The position numbers and the translations under genes are program-made. Shown here piece by piece: positions 16,925 to 20,000 of a stretch of DNA of 20,000 bases; the stretch's first letter is position 1, and each line of letters starts with the position of its first letter. The DNA comes from an uncultured virus (IMG/VR IMGVR_UViG_3300042564_002211). Its lineage: Duplodnaviria > Heunggongvirae > Uroviricota > Caudoviricetes. The stretch lies in IMG/VR virus record IMGVR_UViG_3300042564_002211. One strand, 5' to 3'. The notes beneath the pieces are model-generated. The model was not told where the DNA came from. It searched no databases and worked only from the letters and a program-made list of their open reading frames with translations.

Positions 16925-17703
16925 TCCCAAACAGAGCATCCCACAGCCCCGCTCTCAAGTGAAAATGCTTGACAGGTTTGGGGGATCCCCCTTTAAGATA
17001 TCCCCCAGAAACCCTCGACCGTTTGAAACAGTGAAGGCCCGCGTCGATCCTCGACGGCCCTAGACGTCGAGGTAGTACATCCCCTACTGCTGCCCCGCAT
17101 GCCAGGTGACCGGTTCGCTTAGCCGCTTCCAGCGGCGCGTTGTCTCGGCGGGAGCCCGGGTTCAAACGGGGTAATCGGCCAGAGAGTTGAGAAGGGGGGT
17201 ACACCCATACCCTCACGACTTTATGCGCGAACCCCCGGTTACCCCCCCGGGGTGTGCGCATACGCGGGCACGCACGCACGCGCGTCACGCACACACGCGG
17301 TATTACCTCGCGTCGCACGCGTTCTTTCTACTGTCTTGGGGACTCCGGGATTGGGACCCACAATTCGGAGAAAAGGAAGGCGTTTCCTAGGGGTGTTGTC
17401 CACTGCGACACTGTTCTTTGAGAGGCGAGCGGCAAGGGTTGAAAGCCCAACACGTACAACACGATACGGCTCCGGTCGGTCGGATTTGACGGGTCGGACT
17501 TCCTAGCTTCTGGCTTCAACGGGACACACTCTTTGACAACCTCCGGGTAACTACCTAAATCCCGGCATGAGACTAGGCGACGGAACACTTAGCGCCTTCC
17601 CATCGGGGGAAGGAATGGCGGCCCGGAAAACCTTCAGCGGAAACGTGCAAACGTCCCGTCTTAACAAAAGGCACAACACACACAAAAGCCACTTCGTGTG
17701 GCT

Positions 17704-17763
17704 TCAATGCGGCCACTGGACGTGTGTCCAGTGACGGTCCCAAGCCCGTAAAACGCAGAGGGT
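17704..17763 (+). ncRNA. Twister ribozyme (type P1 order, weak P1)
   Basis: UC^AA-UGC-GGC-[P3 CACUGGAC/GUCCAGUG]-[P4 ACGG/CCGU, loop UCCCAAGC]-AAAAC-GCA-GA-GGGU. P2 UGC/GCA, T1 CCC/GGG and T2 GC/GC are all present. Confidence 0.75.
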
Positions 17764-17789
17764 CAAACTACGTACCACACACAAGCACT

Positions 17790-18224
17790 ATGACCGCCAT
17801 CGAACTGTTCAAACACGAGAAGCCTTCCGACCTCTTGGCCAAAGCCGTAACCCTCCGGTCTTCGGCGACGGGCGCAATGCGTCTCGGTCTTCTGCCCGCC
17901 AAGTCCAAAGACGGTCCCGACCTGCGCCAAGCCTCCGGTGGGTTGACTGGCCAAGCCCTGAAGCGTTGGAAGCGTGAACGCCAAGCTGAGTTCAAGGTGA
18001 CGATGTCCCGGGAGTTTGCTGGGTTGTCGGCCGACCCTCAGTATCTGGGACGGTCGGTCACCGTGTCCAAGTCCGGCGTGCTGGGTTTCTTCCTTGAGCC
18101 CTCCGGCGTGTCTCCTGAAGAGGCCGCCAAGATCGCTGAGGCGGAGGATCGCGCCAAGACTATCGAGGCTGAGAATGAGTCTCTCAAGGCTGAGTTGGCT
18201 CGCCTCAAGACCCTCCTGCCCTAA
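17790..18224 (+). CDS. Hypothetical protein with a C-terminal coiled coil
   Basis: ATG 17790 lies downstream of the twister; the longer ORF-track start falls inside the ribozyme. Confidence 0.7.
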   Translation: MTAIELFKHEKPSDLLAKAVTLRSSATGAMRLGLLPAKSKDGPDLRQASGGLTGQALKRWKRERQAEFKVTMSREFAGLSADPQYLGRSVTVSKSGVLGFFLEPSGVSPEEAAKIAEAEDRAKTIEAENESLKAELARLKTLLP

Positions 18225-18226
18225 GC

Positions 18227-18275
18227 TCCACACTGAAGAGACCGGAAGGTCGAAACCCCGCAAGGGGTCTGTGGA
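18227..18275 (+). ncRNA. Type I hammerhead ribozyme
   Basis: P1 UCCACA, CUGAAGA, P2 GACC-GGAA-GGUC, GAAA, P3 CCCC-GCAA-GGGG, UC^, P1' UGUGGA. The core is fully canonical; predicted cleavage after C18269. Confidence 0.93.
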
Positions 18276-18331
18276 TAACACGACGCCAATGCCCTGCCGC
18301 GTTCAAGTGCTGGGCTTCTGTGAATCACTCC

Positions 18332-18643
18332 ATGAAACCAAGTCTTCAGAGTCTCGTTGCCAAGTGGGCCAAGGCCCTCCAAACGGCGCACGCCAGCGAA
18401 AGAGATGCGCGTTACTTCTACTGTTTCCCCCGCTTCAGCCATTTTTACGCCGTGTCTTCCAGCCATTGCGACAGCCTGTTGGAAACCTTCCGCAAGGTTA
18501 AGGCGAGCGGACGTGAAGTTGTCCCCACCGAGGCGGAGTGCATCGCTTGGATGAGCAAGCGGGAGATTCCCGAGACCGTCGACAATCCCTCATGCGCCAA
18601 AGTCTGGGGCGAGGTTGGGGTTCAACTCTGGAGCATCGCCTGA
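18332..18643 (+). CDS. Hypothetical protein
   Basis: ATG 18332, downstream of the hammerhead. Confidence 0.6.
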   Translation: MKPSLQSLVAKWAKALQTAHASERDARYFYCFPRFSHFYAVSSSHCDSLLETFRKVKASGREVVPTEAECIAWMSKREIPETVDNPSCAKVWGEVGVQLWSIA

Positions 18644-18646
18644 GCC

Positions 18647-18832
18647 ATGACCCTCGAATGCCGCTCCCGCCCTTGGGGCATCGGCTACGCTCGCCAAGCG
18701 TGGCCCAAAGCCAACCACCACATCGCCCGTGTCGGCACCCGTGAAGTGCGGGTGATCGTTGAACATGGCGAGTCACCCTCAATCGCAGGCGTCGTCGGCC
18801 TACTGGTCGCCGGTCTACTGCTTCGGTTCTAA
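18647..18832 (+). CDS. Small hypothetical protein with a C-terminal hydrophobic anchor
   Basis: Starts 3 nt after the previous stop; ends IAGVVGLLVAGLLLRF. Confidence 0.5.
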   Translation: MTLECRSRPWGIGYARQAWPKANHHIARVGTREVRVIVEHGESPSIAGVVGLLVAGLLLRF

Positions 18833-18834
18833 TC

Positions 18835-18889
18835 GCAGAGTGACGGGCTTCGGCCCGGTAATGCGGCACGCTGGTCACAAGCCCAGCGA
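18835..18889 (+). ncRNA. Circularly permuted (type P5-like) twister ribozyme
   Basis: GCA-GA-GUGA-[P1 CGGGC-UUCG-GCCCG]-GU^AA-UGC-GGC-A-[P4 CGCUGG/CCAGCG, loop UCACAAGC]. T1 GUGA/UCAC pairs perfectly; predicted cleavage U18859/A18860. Confidence 0.85.
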
Positions 18890-18935
18890 CGTTCCCTGTT
18901 CCGTTCCCGTCCGGTTGGCGGGTTTTCTGCATCCT

Positions 18936-19280
18936 ATGAACTATTCAGCACTCATTTCAGCCATCATGGCTGTCGAATCGGGCGGCCGTGACCAAGCCAT
19001 CGGCGATGGCGGCCGTGCGCTTGGACCCCTTCAGATTCACCGCGCCGTCGTTCAGGACGTGAACCGGTTCGCCGGCACGTCCTATCGGTGGGAGGGAATG
19101 ACCAATCGGGCCGACGCCCGCAAGGTCTGCGAGTTGTACCTCACCCGCTACGCCAAGGGCCGATCCATGCAGGACGCTGCCCGAATCTGGAATGGTGGCC
19201 CCTCCGGTCACACCAAGTCTGCAACCAAGTCCTACTGGACCAAGGTCGAGCGCAACCTCAACACCATCGCCAAGAACTAA
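18936..19280 (+). CDS. Lysozyme-like muramidase/transglycosylase resembling i-type lysozyme (destabilase)
   Basis: AIMAVESGG (catalytic Glu), GPLQIH, ARIWNGGPSG...ATKSYWTKV. Confidence 0.75.
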   Translation: MNYSALISAIMAVESGGRDQAIGDGGRALGPLQIHRAVVQDVNRFAGTSYRWEGMTNRADARKVCELYLTRYAKGRSMQDAARIWNGGPSGHTKSATKSYWTKVERNLNTIAKN

Positions 19281-19282
19281 CC

Positions 19283-19726
19283 ATGAACACCACACTTCAA
19301 GAACTCCGGGCCACACACGATCGGCTCGGTAAACTGATAGACCAAATCGCGTCCGACGACTCACACAAGAAGCTAATGTCACTAGTTGGCGTGTGTTATG
19401 TTAAACACAGCGGAAAAGGATTCGAGGCTCACAAGATAAACAAGATAGATGTGACGCAGAGAAACAGCGGCGGCGTGATAGTGATTTACTGCGATGGTGT
19501 TAGTGCGCACATGTCTGACGGATCAACCGACTCTAGTGGGGCATTAACCATCGATGTGTATGAAGATTTCGCTCACCACTACACTTTCGATGGCGCTCTG
19601 AAGTTCGCTGAGATGATGTCTGAAGTTGACATGATGAAGAGCGCCGAGTTCGACCATCTCAAAGCACTTGCCAAGCACCGCAAGCAATCTGTCTGGGAGC
19701 AACTCTGTGCCGCAGCAACCGTCTAA
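19283..19726 (+). CDS. Hypothetical protein
   Basis: TAACCATG start 2 nt after the previous stop; more A/T-ending codons than its neighbours. Confidence 0.6.
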   Translation: MNTTLQELRATHDRLGKLIDQIASDDSHKKLMSLVGVCYVKHSGKGFEAHKINKIDVTQRNSGGVIVIYCDGVSAHMSDGSTDSSGALTIDVYEDFAHHYTFDGALKFAEMMSEVDMMKSAEFDHLKALAKHRKQSVWEQLCAAATV

Positions 19727-19729
19727 CCT

Positions 19730-20000
19730 ATGAAACACAAACCGAAACCAATACCCGCAGTGCCCTGCCTCGATACCTATCGGGGCAAGCGGTACTTCAA
19801 GTTCACCGTTGTCGCCGTGACCAGCGGCCTGTTCTGGTCCAAGAAACGGGTGTTCTCGCCCGTCATTGCCGAGTCTGCATCTTCCGCCATCGAGGTGGTG
19901 CGCGACGAGATCTACAAGGAGGTTGCCAAGACGCCCGACAAGCTCCAGCCCACGGAGTTCCTGACATGGGGCGTCAAGGGTGGCCTGACCCACCGATTCT
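19730..20000 (+). CDS. Hypothetical protein, truncated by the window end
   Basis: ATG 19730 (MKHKPKPIPAVPCLDTYRGKRYFKFTVV...) stays open to position 20000. Confidence 0.6.
   Translation, partial: MKHKPKPIPAVPCLDTYRGKRYFKFTVVAVTSGLFWSKKRVFSPVIAESASSAIEVVRDEIYKEVAKTPDKLQPTEFLTWGVKGGLTHRF

Noticed and set aside
16872..17588. ORFs across the non-coding stretch (16872-17318, 17187-17390, 17252-17506, 17328-17588)
   Set aside because: Low-complexity translations derived from the repeat tracts, with no RBS and atypical codon usage.
17579..17660. A second hammerhead ribozyme
   Set aside because: GAAA-stem-UC and a possible P1 are present, but the required CUGANGA core is missing. Kept only as an unassigned structure.
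17724..17789. N-terminal extension of the 17724-18224 ORF
   Set aside because: The GTG start lies inside the twister P3 region; ATG 17790 is more plausible.
18759..18935. N-terminal extension of the lysozyme ORF
   Set aside because: It overlaps the upstream gene and the permuted twister; the recognisable domain starts at ATG 18936.

Overview
This window looks like part of a tailed dsDNA bacteriophage (or prophage) genome. Almost all genes are on the + strand, tightly packed and often coupled by ATGA/GTGA overlaps. Bases 1-5800 hold a recombination/replication module: a Sak4-like AAA ATPase, a RecE-like PD-(D/E)XK exonuclease, a RuvC-like resolvase, an HTH replication initiator with internal iterons, DnaB and a MazG-like pyrophosphatase. 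Bases 5800-16900 are accessory genes: a ribbon-helix-helix regulator, a DRB0094/Rnl5 RNA ligase, a run of small genes sharing one C-terminal/RBS module, ThyX, a DUF2829/Tad2-like protein next to a DHH-DHHA1 phosphoesterase, and a long coiled-coil protein. A 13-bp palindrome GGTGTNNNACACC recurs at five TTGAC(A/T) promoters. After a structured non-coding stretch (about 16950-17790) a new operon begins. Its most striking feature is three self-cleaving ribozymes in the intergenic spacers: a twister (17704-17763), a type I hammerhead (18227-18275) and a circularly permuted twister (18835-18889). These would cut the transcript into separate gene units ahead of an i-type-lysozyme-like gene. All calls come from reading motifs and base pairing by eye; no database searches were run.
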